A stretch of DNA of 63,876 nt, the filler included, from Licmophora abbreviata (taxonomy: Eukaryota): assembly GCA_900291995.1 (NCBI GenBank). It is 13 parts of 13 records of this genome, joined end to end, with 100 filler letters (N's around TTAATTAATTAA, not from the genome) between each part and the next. Parts side by side here need not be neighbours in the genome. Positions count along the whole stretch, not along the records: positions 21,118 to 34,706 come from OLMU01003384.1; 12 more parts are not named here. One strand, 5' to 3'. Shown here in pieces: positions 23,137-34,354 of the stretch (position 1 is its first letter; each line of letters opens with the position of its first letter). Below the pieces are notes generated by a model. It searched no databases, was not told the DNA's origin, and saw only the letters and a program-made list of their open reading frames with translations. The position numbers were made by a program, and so were the translations under genes.

Positions 23137-25344
23137 ATGACTCCGCCGCCCGACGTTCCCCGTCCGCTGTCAGAGCCAGTGCAGCAGTGGACACCCATGG
23201 CGCCTGCGGCTAACGCCACTGCGATTGGATGGAAGGCTAAGAAGAAGAAAAAGTCCAAGAAAAAGGCAATGCCAACCAAATCAGCGGAGTCCTCTCACCA
23301 GCACGACGAGAAAATCAACAGTTCCGAAAAAAACCCACAGTCAATGGGCGCTCAAGGTAGATATGAGAAAGAGCCAGTGTGTAGGAAGCGTCATCGGGTA
23401 GAGTCTGCCTCTAACGGCCTGTCGGATGGTATGGAAAGGACCGGGGCAGGGCCCTCACCAGACCTCGCAGCCCCAACTGATCATCATGGAGCGTTTACTA
23501 CTCCTGGGGAGCAGCCGTCTATGTCAATTGGTAGAGCAGCAGAGGACGACCAAGCTGGCCTGCCGGTAGGGCAAGACGAATCAGCCTCGCCTTCGAATGA
23601 TCTCCATGATTCTGTTGCTACGAGATTGCCCGAAGGAGTGTCTGTGAAGTGGGAAGGAGCACACACAGCGGTAGTGTCCTTTGTGGGGCCGACACACGTG
23701 TGTTTGGTAGGAAGAGCGACAGTGGCGATTGTCTCAGGACAAATCGATGTGCTGGGATATCGATTGTCCAACCCCATGCAGACGGTTGACATTGAAAGTC
23801 CCGCATGGACCAGCGCGGTTACTTTTTCTCACATTGCGGACGCTGGACTCGCACTTCCCGGGAAGACGACGTTGCGCATCTCGTCCCTTCGCTCCTGTGG
23901 AGCCCTTTCTTTTGAATTGAAAGATCCGTCGGGGGGCGGTATCCGCCCTACAGTAATTCCTGATAGCTGGAGAGTTGCGATGGACCACGTACTGGAGAAG
24001 CTTTCTTCCAGTACAAGCGTGGCTAGGAGTGACGATCACAATGTGGCAAGTCCCCTCGACATGAAAGCACACCTAGAGTGTCCAGTCTCTAAAACGAATG
24101 TGGATGTGTGTCATAGTGCTCGCTCCGTGGTCTGCGGTGCAAAAAATGTTGGAAAGTCAACGTATTTACGATATTCAATCCATCGATTGCTATCTTCCGG
24201 CGTCCGTCAGGTAGCAGTGCTGGACTGTGATACAGGTCAGCCCGAGTTGTCTCCACCTGGAATGGTGACCTTGACATTAGTCAAGATCCCTCTTCTGTCG
24301 CCTCCGCATTACCACATTGTCATGGGGTCTAGGTCTGTCGGCACGGAACGCCATGTGGACGGCTATTTCTTTGGGGACACGACCTCAAAGGCGGATCCGA
24401 GCCTCTACCTCAGATGTATTAGAAAGTTACTAACGGGCTATGTGAACCTGGTGGAGGATGAATATGATGGAAGAGAGTCTAGCCTCCCATTGCTGGTTAA
24501 CACAGACGGATGGGTCAAAGGCATGGGCTTCGAAATCCTATCGGCATTGATCGATCTTATCTCGCCTGGTCACATTGTTCAACTCCAGGGAGCGCTTCGG
24601 TCCAAGCAGTTTGATCTTTCGCCGACTCTCCAGGACTCGAAGGGAACTCTACACACAGCACACTCATACGACAACAGCAGTGCCGCCGTACTGGGGCCTT
24701 CACGGGCGAGCTCCGTGGCATCTCTACAATCTCTGGACATTGACGTCGCTGGACCTGTCCCGTCAATCCCATCCCAGTTTTACCGTACGCTGCGTCTCTG
24801 TACCTACTTCTTAGGATGTTCTGAGGTGTGGGACCGCGTTGAGTTTGGTCAGTATGGTGTTGGTGATTACGAGTGTGAGATAGCCAATCGTCTGGCTGCT
24901 GCCAAGCCGTACAGAGTCTCGCTCGATAGCATACGTCTTGAAGTTCAAGGAGCAGGTACCATGCGCGATCTTGAAACAGAAGACTCTGTGTTGAACACGC
25001 TGAATGGTTCCATCGTGGGTCTGTGTTGCCTGGACGAGACTACCTGTAGAGAGAATTCGACCGTACAAAGCAAGGATACCTGCGCCTCCTGTGTAGGCCT
25101 TGGCTTAATTCGGAGCGTTGACAGAGTCCACCGCGTCGTTTACATTCTCACACCTATGGCACCTTCCGATTTGGAATCTGTGAATCTACTGGTGCGTGGC
25201 AATATCCAAGTCCCATTCGAGTGCCTGTATCGTGGTGTCGGCTCTGAGTCGTTTCCGTTCCTGAGCTGCGACGGTTTGTCTGTGGGGGTTGGGTCCAACG
25301 TCATGAAGAGCCGCAATACGTTGGCTCGCAAGGGGGGTTATTGA
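23137..25344 (+). CDS. NOL9: Polynucleotide 5'-hydroxyl kinase Nol9/Grc3 (Clp1 family)
   Basis: P-loop CGAKNVGKST, LDCDTGQPELSPPG, PLLVNTDGWVKGMG and CVGLGLIRSVD. Confidence 0.92.
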   Translation: MTPPPDVPRPLSEPVQQWTPMAPAANATAIGWKAKKKKKSKKKAMPTKSAESSHQHDEKINSSEKNPQSMGAQGRYEKEPVCRKRHRVESASNGLSDGMERTGAGPSPDLAAPTDHHGAFTTPGEQPSMSIGRAAEDDQAGLPVGQDESASPSNDLHDSVATRLPEGVSVKWEGAHTAVVSFVGPTHVCLVGRATVAIVSGQIDVLGYRLSNPMQTVDIESPAWTSAVTFSHIADAGLALPGKTTLRISSLRSCGALSFELKDPSGGGIRPTVIPDSWRVAMDHVLEKLSSSTSVARSDDHNVASPLDMKAHLECPVSKTNVDVCHSARSVVCGAKNVGKSTYLRYSIHRLLSSGVRQVAVLDCDTGQPELSPPGMVTLTLVKIPLLSPPHYHIVMGSRSVGTERHVDGYFFGDTTSKADPSLYLRCIRKLLTGYVNLVEDEYDGRESSLPLLVNTDGWVKGMGFEILSALIDLISPGHIVQLQGALRSKQFDLSPTLQDSKGTLHTAHSYDNSSAAVLGPSRASSVASLQSLDIDVAGPVPSIPSQFYRTLRLCTYFLGCSEVWDRVEFGQYGVGDYECEIANRLAAAKPYRVSLDSIRLEVQGAGTMRDLETEDSVLNTLNGSIVGLCCLDETTCRENSTVQSKDTCASCVGLGLIRSVDRVHRVVYILTPMAPSDLESVNLLVRGNIQVPFECLYRGVGSESFPFLSCDGLSVGVGSNVMKSRNTLARKGGY

Positions 25345-25389
25345 GGTCAAAGTACAACGTTCGTCTACAAGTGAATCAGGAGGCAGTAT

Positions 25390-27678
25390 TTACAGGTTCG
25401 AGACCCTGCCTAGCTGAGAGGGAGTCTTTTCAAGGTTGCTCCATTCGTGCTCCTTCCCGCCGCCAAGGCGCAGCCGCTTGTCATGAAATGCAAGCAAGCT
25501 GGGCCTATGTCCCACACTTATATAGGTAAGCCCCGGAGCCGACAACTTCCCACCATCCATGACAGATTTGCGCGCCATATTCTGGAGTAGCTGGTACATC
25601 TTGGCCTCACTGACCATGTCAAGAGCCGAGGTTGCCTCGTCCAATATGACAAGGCGGGGTCGATTTACCAGCACCCTACCAAACGCAAGCCTTTGTTGCT
25701 CTCCAAGCGACAGTATGTTGCTCCAATCCATAACGGACTGCAGACCTTTTACCGGATCCCCGTCACCGACGCGTCGGGGGAGATCCTCAAGGTCGACCAT
25801 CTCAAGGATCTCTAGAAGATCCTCGCTAGTCAATTTCTGACGGATGAGATGTCGTTGACTCAGCGTGTGGCCTTCGGGATAGTCTTCTGGATTTTCATTC
25901 TCTAGGCTTGGATAGAGCAACTGATCCTTTAGAGAGCCCAACGCGCAGTAGGGGCGTTGCGGCAGAAAATATACTTCTTCTGCAGAAGGACGGTCAATGG
26001 ACCCGTCGCCATTGGTCCACAGCCCAGCGATTGCTCGCAATAAGCTTGATTTGCCACTACCAGAGTTCCCGACAATGAGCAAGTTTTCTCCTTCAGCCAA
26101 AGAAAGATCCAGTTCTTCAATAAGGGTACGCTTGCCGTCTGGGGTACGCAGCGTCAAATCGTCAAGCCTCATCAGAAACGCGGACGATGCCAGGATGCGA
26201 GGAGAGAGCTCATTCAGTGTGATCAGCTTTGCTGTATGCAAGACTCCTGATGCCGTCTCATTACTCAACAGAGCACTGGTGACATTGGAAGCACTGCTCG
26301 GAAGCTGCAAAAGAGGAGCATTCGGCGCACGTTCTGGGTCTGACTCCCTCATCGCCCGGAAAAAAGAACTGAGACGATCAATGCCAGCAGAAAAGCTGGA
26401 AAGAGCCTCAAACTGATTGACAATAACACTAAGATCCGAGAGAATATGGTTGAAGGCGCCCGAGGACTGTGACACTACTCCAAGTTGAATGGCTCCCGCG
26501 AAGTACTGAGGGGCGACCACGGCCACGGGCAAGATCTGAATAAAATAACGATAGGCTGTTGTGAAGAATTCAAGGTTCCTTTCTGCGCCAATAATACTCC
26601 GTCGGTTGTCCATTACCCGCGAAAATCGCTCCAAAATGGATCGCCCTTCTAGGTCTTCACCACCATAGAAGGCAATGCTTTCGGCGTTTTCTCTCAGGCG
26701 CACAAGGGAATAACGAAAGTCGGCCTCTTTTTGAAGTCTCGCAAAATTGAGGCCCACCAACGTTTTTCCAAGCACAGTTGTCATTATTGTGCCAAAAGCC
26801 GCGTATCCGATAATCGCAGCAAAAAGCTGAGGCTGAATCGAGTAGAGAATAAATGAAAAGCTCACTAGGTCGATGATTGACGTAAGGATGGTCAGAAAGA
26901 GCTGCAGACTGTAGCCTGTAAAGGTTCGCACATCTTCAGCGATACGCTGATCTGGGTTGTCGATTTCCTCGACACCACGTTCCAACGCATAGTAGACGCG
27001 ATCGCTCGAGTACAGCTGAAGAGTGCGATCAGTCATCCATTCACGCCAATGCACAGCCAATCTCTCCCTTTGAAAACGATAAAACACCGATACGGGGGCT
27101 CCGACCAGCAACGCACCGGCGAATCTGGTAAGCATGATATAGAATTGCTCTGCGTCTTTGGCGGACAGTGCGTTCCAGAAATCTTTTCCAACATACGAGA
27201 AAGCCACGCTTACGCCTGAGTTTACTAGCGTGAGTCCAATCATCCCAGCAAAGAGCCACCGAGCCGACTTGCTTTCCTGGAAGTAGGGAAAGGACATCTC
27301 CCAGAATACTTTTGCCTGCTTGAGGACATTGTCCCACTCAATGCCCTTGTCGTCGCTGACCGGCGGATCGCCGCTTCCATTCAGGCCTTCAGGTGTTTCT
27401 CCATTGGAACCATGAGGCAAGGAGCTCGCCGGGCCTTTCCCCGCAGCGAAAATCGCTCCTCCACGAGGAGGTTCCCTGTAGGGGTGACGTCCCAATGTGT
27501 TGGAAAAGGAAACTGAAAGGCCCACGTTCCTATTCCTAAGATTCTGCAACACAAGTGGCTTGATCGGAGATGAAAAGGCCACAAGAGCTGTGGAACGATG
27601 CAAAGAGGCAAGCAGGAGTCCGCATCCCAACCATGCCGCGACAAGGAGCCGCGGAAGCGACGTGAAGTTCACCATCAT
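25390..27678 (-). CDS. ABC transporter subfamily D half-transporter, probably plastid-targeted
   Basis: DNPDQRI, EAA-like EADFRYSLVRLRENAESIAFY, Walker A GNSGSGKSS, signature LSLGEQQRLAF, Walker B ILDEATSALD. Signal peptide followed by VAF. Confidence 0.92.
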   Translation of the reverse strand: MMVNFTSLPRLLVAAWLGCGLLLASLHRSTALVAFSSPIKPLVLQNLRNRNVGLSVSFSNTLGRHPYREPPRGGAIFAAGKGPASSLPHGSNGETPEGLNGSGDPPVSDDKGIEWDNVLKQAKVFWEMSFPYFQESKSARWLFAGMIGLTLVNSGVSVAFSYVGKDFWNALSAKDAEQFYIMLTRFAGALLVGAPVSVFYRFQRERLAVHWREWMTDRTLQLYSSDRVYYALERGVEEIDNPDQRIAEDVRTFTGYSLQLFLTILTSIIDLVSFSFILYSIQPQLFAAIIGYAAFGTIMTTVLGKTLVGLNFARLQKEADFRYSLVRLRENAESIAFYGGEDLEGRSILERFSRVMDNRRSIIGAERNLEFFTTAYRYFIQILPVAVVAPQYFAGAIQLGVVSQSSGAFNHILSDLSVIVNQFEALSSFSAGIDRLSSFFRAMRESDPERAPNAPLLQLPSSASNVTSALLSNETASGVLHTAKLITLNELSPRILASSAFLMRLDDLTLRTPDGKRTLIEELDLSLAEGENLLIVGNSGSGKSSLLRAIAGLWTNGDGSIDRPSAEEVYFLPQRPYCALGSLKDQLLYPSLENENPEDYPEGHTLSQRHLIRQKLTSEDLLEILEMVDLEDLPRRVGDGDPVKGLQSVMDWSNILSLGEQQRLAFGRVLVNRPRLVILDEATSALDMVSEAKMYQLLQNMARKSVMDGGKLSAPGLTYISVGHRPSLLAFHDKRLRLGGGKEHEWSNLEKTPSQLGRVSNL

Positions 27679-28035
27679 CGTCTCGACGACGGCGACGATC
27701 AAAGTGTGTGTTGGGAGTTTGGAGTTTGATGAGTACGTGTACGCAATCTGAGCGACGAACAGACGCCAGAGGCTGAGTCAGATCGTTGTTCGAATCGTTC
27801 GACCAAGAGGGGGTGCGAGGTCTGATGTCTCCCAAAATCCCAAAATGTCTCGGAGCTTCGTCTCTTGCGACGAGCGTGGCGCCTTCCACTAACATTCTTA
27901 CGAGTTTAATCGGAGTAGAGTTTAAGAAACACAAAGTTCGGCTCCCTACCTACACACAGACAACGAGAGAGAGAGGTCGCCAATACCATCAATATCATCC
28001 CTTGGGACCTTCTATCGCTGTCCGCTGATTACCAG

Positions 28036-28800
28036 CTACTTATCCTCGTCCATTTCATCGCACACGACGGTCAAACACAGGCAGAGACAAGGGTCGATAC
28101 CAGGGTTTACTGTCAACAAGCTGGACATGGACGAAGGAACGCAATGGGTAAGTGATATTCTTCTGGCTCCAGTTCCGCTATCAGTTCAATGCCGTCGAAT
28201 TGAACGTTACTCACTAAGAGTTCCAGTTGCCTTCCCATGTCCCACCTTCCATCAAAGCAGCAGGCGTTCCATGTCGCTTGACGACCCGCTTTTTAGGCCA
28301 TAAGGATCCTGCGCGATGTACTGTGTACGAAGGATGCGTCTCATTATCGAGTGTTACCTGCTGCACTGATGTTAGTGGCATACGTTCCACTTTGTACCAC
28401 GTATACAAAGAGGTGTTGTTGTACTTTCTATCCGAAGGTTCCTGTCCAGGGTACAGTGGTCGAGGAGAGTAAATCTTGAAGGATTGTCCAATCAATTAAA
28501 CTTTCTGAGACAGACAGCGATCGGCTCGCCCGTGACACCATTTTCCAAAACCATCTGATCTCGAAAAGCCAGCACCTTGCCTTTTATTGTCAGGTGACTC
28601 CCGAACGGAACTCCTTCTCGGTTCTTGATTTTGAAGCTATCTCCGCTCCAAGAAAATAGCTTCTCACGGACAATGAGTTGATGTGGTTTGGTGGTTGCCG
28701 GACCTGCGTCGTGGTGTTCTCCAAGGACCGGGATATTTGAATCGACCTTGTGAACATGATTGTAAGAATCTGTAACCGGAAGCGATTCAGTGCAGCCCAT
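28036..28800 (-). CDS. LURP-one/Tubby C-terminal-like (scramblase fold) protein; frameshift near 28497 and intron 28121-28214
   Basis: MGC acylation motif; VREKLFSWSGDSFKIK. The last exon gives YLLTVNPGIDPCLCLCLTVVCDEM, typical of the LURP-one C-terminus. Confidence 0.8.
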
Positions 28801-29203
28801 TTTTATATGAGGTTTTGGTTCGCGTGAAGAACAAGTGAAAGATTGAGGTCGTTGGAGCTCGCTAAGTAATGTGAGATCCGAATGGCCACTCCTGTTTTTT
28901 GTTGATGCATATCTGGAACAATTCGAAAGCGTTCATCATCATCAGCATCATCATTCATCATCGCGCTACAAAGCAGTTTTGGATTTTGGGAAATTCGTGC
29001 AGGCTGGATAATGAGTCGCGATGAGCGAGTCGTGAGCCTTGTGAGTCGTGATTCCTGAGTCACGGCGGGTGATTATGGTCATCTGTCCATGCCGCAGGCA
29101 GCGAAGGGGGTGCGTCTTCGCGTCTTCACAGAGTGCTGAGTCTTTGTCTAAATCCCCGTGCTTTTTCGCCTTCATAAGATTGTCCAGAACATCATCCATT
29201 AAA

Positions 29204-29572
29204 ATGGAAGTGGAACGAATCACGCCTCCGTCGTCAGGGTCGTCGCAGCAGTCGACCGGTGAAGCCCCGTCATCGCGGGACACCGGGCGCAGACATCGTG
29301 CGCTGGGGAGGGCGGGCGTTCGGGCTTCGTCAATCCCAGGAGGAGAACCAGCAGGACATCCCGAGTGGATTCCTTCAGCCGAAAACACCCATAAAGAGTT
29401 TCTGGTGCATTCTCGCGTCTTCCTGAGTGAGTGGTACCAAGTGTCCGTGCGAGTTTCAAGTCAGAAGGACCCTTGCTCTTTGCCCAAACCCGATCAGTCG
29501 CTCTGACCCTCCTTCCGTGCGTCTGCTGTAATCACAGAGTTCCCCGATGACTTTCATCCAAATCCTAAGTAG
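29204..29572 (+). CDS. Predicted 85-aa microprotein; exons 29204-29426 and 29538-29572
   Basis: AAAATG start context. GTGAGT donor at 29427 and CACAG acceptor at 29537 give in-frame ...HSRVFLKFPDDFHPNPK*. Confidence 0.45.
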
Positions 29573-30244
29573 ACGGCTGTATATCTAGAGTTTAGAGCAG
29601 CCGCGACATGGGCCCGTGATGGGATGATGATCGGTGTATTGATCAACTATGTTGATAACATAGCTGTACCTGCAATAGGTTTGCTCATGAGATATTACGG
29701 TGCCAGGTATGAATCTTCGTGTGGCACTTGCCTTTAACATAGAAAATGAGAAAAACTTCTAAACGATGCATCGGGGTTCTTGTTCCGGTATGCTCGCGGC
29801 GCTTGCTCGTGGTGCGACAAATCACTGTTTCTGGATAGGCGAAGAAAGCAGACATCTGCCAACTTTCTATCCGCTTTCGTCCAACGATGAAAAAGGACTT
29901 GCCCTGGTACAGAAAGAGAACAAACTGTATCAAACACAGTCGTACCAGGTACCGGTACACCTACCCAGAGTATGAATGATACTGTAACGCCGTTTTGGAA
30001 GATGATTAGACTTCCGTCAGGTATTGTGACTTCGTCGACGTACTTCTCGAGCGGGAGAAGGTCTTCCAGCGTTCTTCTACACAGCCATTGTGATTTCACA
30101 GACAAGTAGGCAGCCGTAGAATTTACGTAGACGGCCGTACTAGCCCTACTTGTAGCTGGATACGTGTCATAATTCATAATGATACCGCGGGTACCCACAG
30201 CGATAAACTCGTCGCCACAGTTACGCAGCAGCAGCCGATTGACC

Positions 30245-31110
30245 ATGTCGTCTTCGTTGAAAAAGGCCGGCGAGGCGGTCGTCAAGAAGGCGGTCAAGAG
30301 CCGCTTGCCCTTGGAGACGCCTCGCGCTGTAACGGCAGCGGAAGCGCCATCAATCGAACCAGCGAAGGAAACGTCAAAGCAGTCCATGATGCCATGGAAA
30401 GGATGGCTGTCGCGTACGTTTGCTGAGCGCTTCGGCGAGGAGCGCCTGCAGGCTATTCGGGAACTCGTCCTCTACCGCCCCGACGATGTAAATGATTTGA
30501 ATCAGATTCCAAAGCCAGCCACAAAGGTCTCCCTTACCGAGGATGGCAAGGTGACGGCCCAATTCCGCCATCCATCCCCAGGATCCCAGGACCCCGTGCG
30601 GATTCCTACAACGGAGGGCGATCCGTACGATGTTTCGTATTACAAGCGGGACACTGCTAGACGTGATGAGCTAGGAATGCCCACGGAAGAAGATAGCTTC
30701 CGCCTAGAGCTTATGGACCCGAATGACCCGGCGGTTAAAGAATTCAAGGAAGAAATGAAACAGGGTCCAGGCTCGTCTCCAGGAAACAAGGGAAGGTTTG
30801 CCACGGGACCGTCAGACTTTGATCCGACGGGCCTGCGAGCCACCATGTCAGCAAACCATGCTGCTCTCCAAGAAAGTTTGGACGCGCATATGCCCGACCA
30901 TGTAAGTTAAAATGGGGAAACTGCGTTGCTTCTTCAGCGACTAGTCTCACACAAACTTTCTCTCTCTTTTCTGTGTAGCTCCCTCGTCCGGACTGGTGGA
31001 ACAAGCAAGAAGACATCGTGGCTTGGTGCGAAGAAAATGATTTACCCGTTCCTGCAGGTGGAACTGGCTGGGGACTGGTCCCGAAGGAGGAGCGCATTGC
31101 CAAGTGGTGA
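30245..31110 (+). CDS. Probable complex I accessory subunit NDUFA7/NUZM (21.3 kDa)-like; exons 30245-30901 and 30979-31110
   Basis: FRHPSPGS...PYDVSYYKRDTARR resembles the fungal NUZM/B14.5a motif. GTAAGT..TAG intron 30902-30978 is in frame. Confidence 0.6.
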
Positions 31111-31226
31111 GCTGGACGACTTGTCATTCTTTCAACTAGTAGTAAATTTATGATGAAGTGATAGCAAAACCTTGGTACCAGGTACCGGGGTGCGTAGTAC
31201 GTATTAGTACAAAAGAGATCCTGATC

Positions 31227-32120
31227 TTATGAATCTTGTCCCAGTCTCAAGGGAGCACATGACACGTGGACACCTTGCTTAGATAGTACCTCGACTATCA
31301 GTTCTTTACTCTCGTCATTGTCTTGCACTGCCTCTCGCACAATGGCGAGCAGAAGTTCTTGTACTCTTTCGACTGACATGTCGTGGTCGTATCTCTTCTG
31401 TAAAGCATCGTTTACCAACGAGCTCTGCTTGCCCATAGCAAACGCAGATGTTTGAAAGGGTATCCCAGAGGGCTCTAGAACGGTCAACGATGCCGTTTTG
31501 GTGTTTGGTGTTGCCAGAACCACCTGCACACCGAGCGGCCGCGCCCATCCACGATCACGATCAGAAGTTACAACCACTCTCCCAACACCGTCATGATGTT
31601 CTTGTGTCCGATCGAAGCCCATGAATTCCAAGAGCGCTTCTGATATGGCCTGCGAGTATCTTTCTTGTGAAATGGCTTTCACGTTGTATCTTTCCCATAC
31701 ACGTTTCGCATAGTCACGAATGGCATGAATCAACCAGGAGGCGTCAGCTTTTACGCCAGTACAAACCATGTAAGAAAACTCAGACTCGGGTGACATGCTT
31801 AAAAGACGATTAGCCATGCATTTTGTTGATTCGTTTTGTAGTATGCCATCTTTCTGTTGATTTATCGACACCAACACTATCCGCGGGCCATCCTCCGAAG
31901 ATGCTGCTGCCACAACGCACAGGCGGCCATGCCTGGATGCCGCCTCTCGAGCATGCTGGAGTTGGACTGAGTTCCCGTATTTGTCCAGCGCTGTCACGGA
32001 TTTATAACTGCTGGATTCCAGCGACGAAGCCCTTGATATCACAAATTCGGCAAGCAATAATAAACCAAATAGAACACCCTTGGAGAAGACCTCTCTTAAC
32101 CTCCGCGGCATCATCGTCAT
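31227..32120 (-). CDS. Divergent 20S proteasome alpha-like subunit with signal peptide (periplastid-compartment candidate)
   Basis: SYKSVTALDKYGNSVQLQHAREA is a degenerate alpha N-terminal motif; TGVKADA, ARPLGV, LEPSG and AFAMGK match the proteasome fold. Hydrophobic N-terminal leader. Confidence 0.75.
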   Translation of the reverse strand: MTMMPRRLREVFSKGVLFGLLLLAEFVISRASSLESSSYKSVTALDKYGNSVQLQHAREAASRHGRLCVVAAASSEDGPRIVLVSINQQKDGILQNESTKCMANRLLSMSPESEFSYMVCTGVKADASWLIHAIRDYAKRVWERYNVKAISQERYSQAISEALLEFMGFDRTQEHHDGVGRVVVTSDRDRGWARPLGVQVVLATPNTKTASLTVLEPSGIPFQTSAFAMGKQSSLVNDALQKRYDHDMSVERVQELLLAIVREAVQDNDESKELIVEVLSKQGVHVSCAPLRLGQDS

Positions 32121-32427
32121 GGTCACGATCGAGCAAAACAATGTGAGAGACTAACAAATAAAAAATAAAAAATGCACGGAAGGGCAGACGGGGTTCGCGA
32201 CGACGTCACCTGTACATAAGAATTTAACGGTTTGATGTGGGCGCGGTTTGTTATGGAACGTTGGAAAATCTTTGACACCAATCAGACGGCGGCAAACCGA
32301 AGACATCATACCTCACTCACACCACAATACAGTCTCTCTAATGTGTTTAAAGTGTCGATATCAGAGAACAGCCCAACCCTCCTCTTCTCTTAAGCGACTC
32401 TAGAGTAATCTCTGCCTATCTTTCGTT

Positions 32428-32826
32428 ATGAAATCTCTGACCATCTTTTGTGCTTTGATCTTGGCCGCGCTCAGTGACGCCTTTGCCCCGCATCCGGTCA
32501 CGATTCGCACCCCCACAAAAGTGGCGATGAAGTGGTTCTTCGACAACCCGTTTCACGGTCATGGTTCCGGCGAGGAAGGTCTGGATGAGCAGTGGGAGGC
32601 CCAGCAGGCTATCCTGAAGGCACGTCGCTCTCAGGGACTTGACAAGGAGCATCTCAAGAAAAAGTATCGCGGCGCCAAAGAAAACCAATCTCCGGATCTT
32701 CACGCAAAGGACGCGCCTCATTTCTTGTGGGATGAAACTTGGACTGATGAAGTCAAACCTCAGATGAGGAAGGAAGCTCAAGAATCGAAGCCTCAGAAGA
32801 AGAACAAGTTCTTCTGGGACCAGTAA
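32428..32826 (+). CDS. Small plastid-targeted hypothetical protein
   Basis: Classic diatom bipartite presequence: MKSLTIFCALILAALSDA|FAP. Confidence 0.75.
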   Translation: MKSLTIFCALILAALSDAFAPHPVTIRTPTKVAMKWFFDNPFHGHGSGEEGLDEQWEAQQAILKARRSQGLDKEHLKKKYRGAKENQSPDLHAKDAPHFLWDETWTDEVKPQMRKEAQESKPQKKNKFFWDQ

Positions 32827-33100
32827 TACGTTTGTATGGATTACACACAAGATTAACAGACTGTCCATCCAGCGGAGTCAGGAAGCAATCGTATCTTCAG
32901 TGGATCAAGTCCAACTCTGCTCCATGATCTGCCTACACATATACTTCAGGAAGAAGAAATCTCGTCAATATCATCAGCTTCTATCTGATTCTCTAAAAAA
33001 GAAAGTCTAAAGTAACGCCCGTCAAAACTGTTGAATTGTGGTTTTCTTCTCGTCGAACGCACGATCGATGCGGATGCGACCTATTTTCACACCTTCAACC

Positions 33101-34073
33101 TTACAGTTTCAGTCGACCGTGGACTGAAGCGCTTCTCTGTTGTGGTGAAATCTCCCAAGCATGTGAAACAAAGTCTTCTCGTATGAGGCACGACACTTCA
33201 TCGCAAGTCAGCTGATATATCCTCCACAAACCTCCCGTCTGATCGCAGTATCCTGCCTCCAGCAGGGCAAAGTTAGGAAGTTTGTCCAAGAAACGAAAAA
33301 GCTGCCCCAGGCCAACCTTCCCAGATGCGACCAAGGACTGACAATCAGGATCGTTAACAGTAATGTTGGATCTCGCGGTACAAAACGTCTAAGTGACCGG
33401 GGAGGCGAAATTCGATCAGGTCAGCGGCATATCTCACTTGTTGTTGCCTCTCTAGCAATCATGTGCTCACCTGATTGTGCACCATCAAGTGAACTACTCG
33501 ATCCCAATGTTGCGACCCATGCGGTTGTGTGATCCTTCGATGCGCTTGCGAGTTATCTTGCTGTTGCGAGCATTTATCGACGACGACGTGGACAGGTGCA
33601 TCGTAGTAGGACGAGAATAGGCGCTGCAAGTTTCCATTCGCTGTGAGCGCCATGCGATCCAGAGGCGACACTACGCCAAAAGCGTCTTGTAGCAGGCCTC
33701 CTTCAGCCGTGACGAGCCCAGAGAAGTTTGTTGTCGTGTTTCCAGAAGTGCTCATGATATCCCCCAGTGTGCCGGCCCCTGTGTAGTCTCTGGACGTCTC
33801 GTCGCTTCTTGCTAGAATCACAGAGCCCCGTGTGGTTGTATCCATGTCGGACTGGTTTCTTCCTGTCGCAGATACGACTCCAAAGTCATCGTCTTGAATG
33901 TAGACGCGCGTGGGCCAGGCATTTCGGGAGAGCTGCAATGATCTTCCCTGGCCTCTTCTCTTTCGGGTCCATCCAGCTGAATCATGATTCCTACAATGAA
34001 AGGTGCATGATGTAGTCCAACAGAAAGCAGTCCCAACAGAGAGAAATCGAACCGCCAACGCGCAGCCAGCCAT
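33101..34073 (-). CDS. Chorismate-lyase-fold (UbiC/DUF98-like) protein, probably plastid-targeted; intron 33389-33470
   Basis: RMALTANGNLQRLFSSYY, WDRVVHL, FCTARSNI, GLGQLFR, LWRIYQL and IREDF. Signal-like leader ending GTA|F. Start codon uncertain. Confidence 0.65.
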
Positions 34074-34320
34074 TGCACGGAGTCTATCTCTCTTGCAGCG
34101 GCGGATCCGCACCTCTGTGCCTCCTTCTCCACAAGTATCCATCCGTAGATTTCTCATTTCTGTCGACAACATGGCATAGAATGCAGTGAATAAGGGAGCA
34201 CGGTGGCGTAGCTGAGCCAGAATAGGTTGACAGACGGCCGCTAATGTGTTGCTAACGGGTGCGTCCAACGACGGTTTCAGGTTGCAATAGCGTCCAATGC
34301 AGTTCGAAATTCGAAGGCAA

Positions 34321-34354
34321 AAAGTCGAAAGTCAAAAGAAAAAGTCAAAAAGTC
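34321..34354 (+). repeat. Four AAAGTC units upstream of the chorismate-lyase-like gene
   Basis: AAAGTC at 34321, 34328, 34341 and 34349. Confidence 0.6.
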
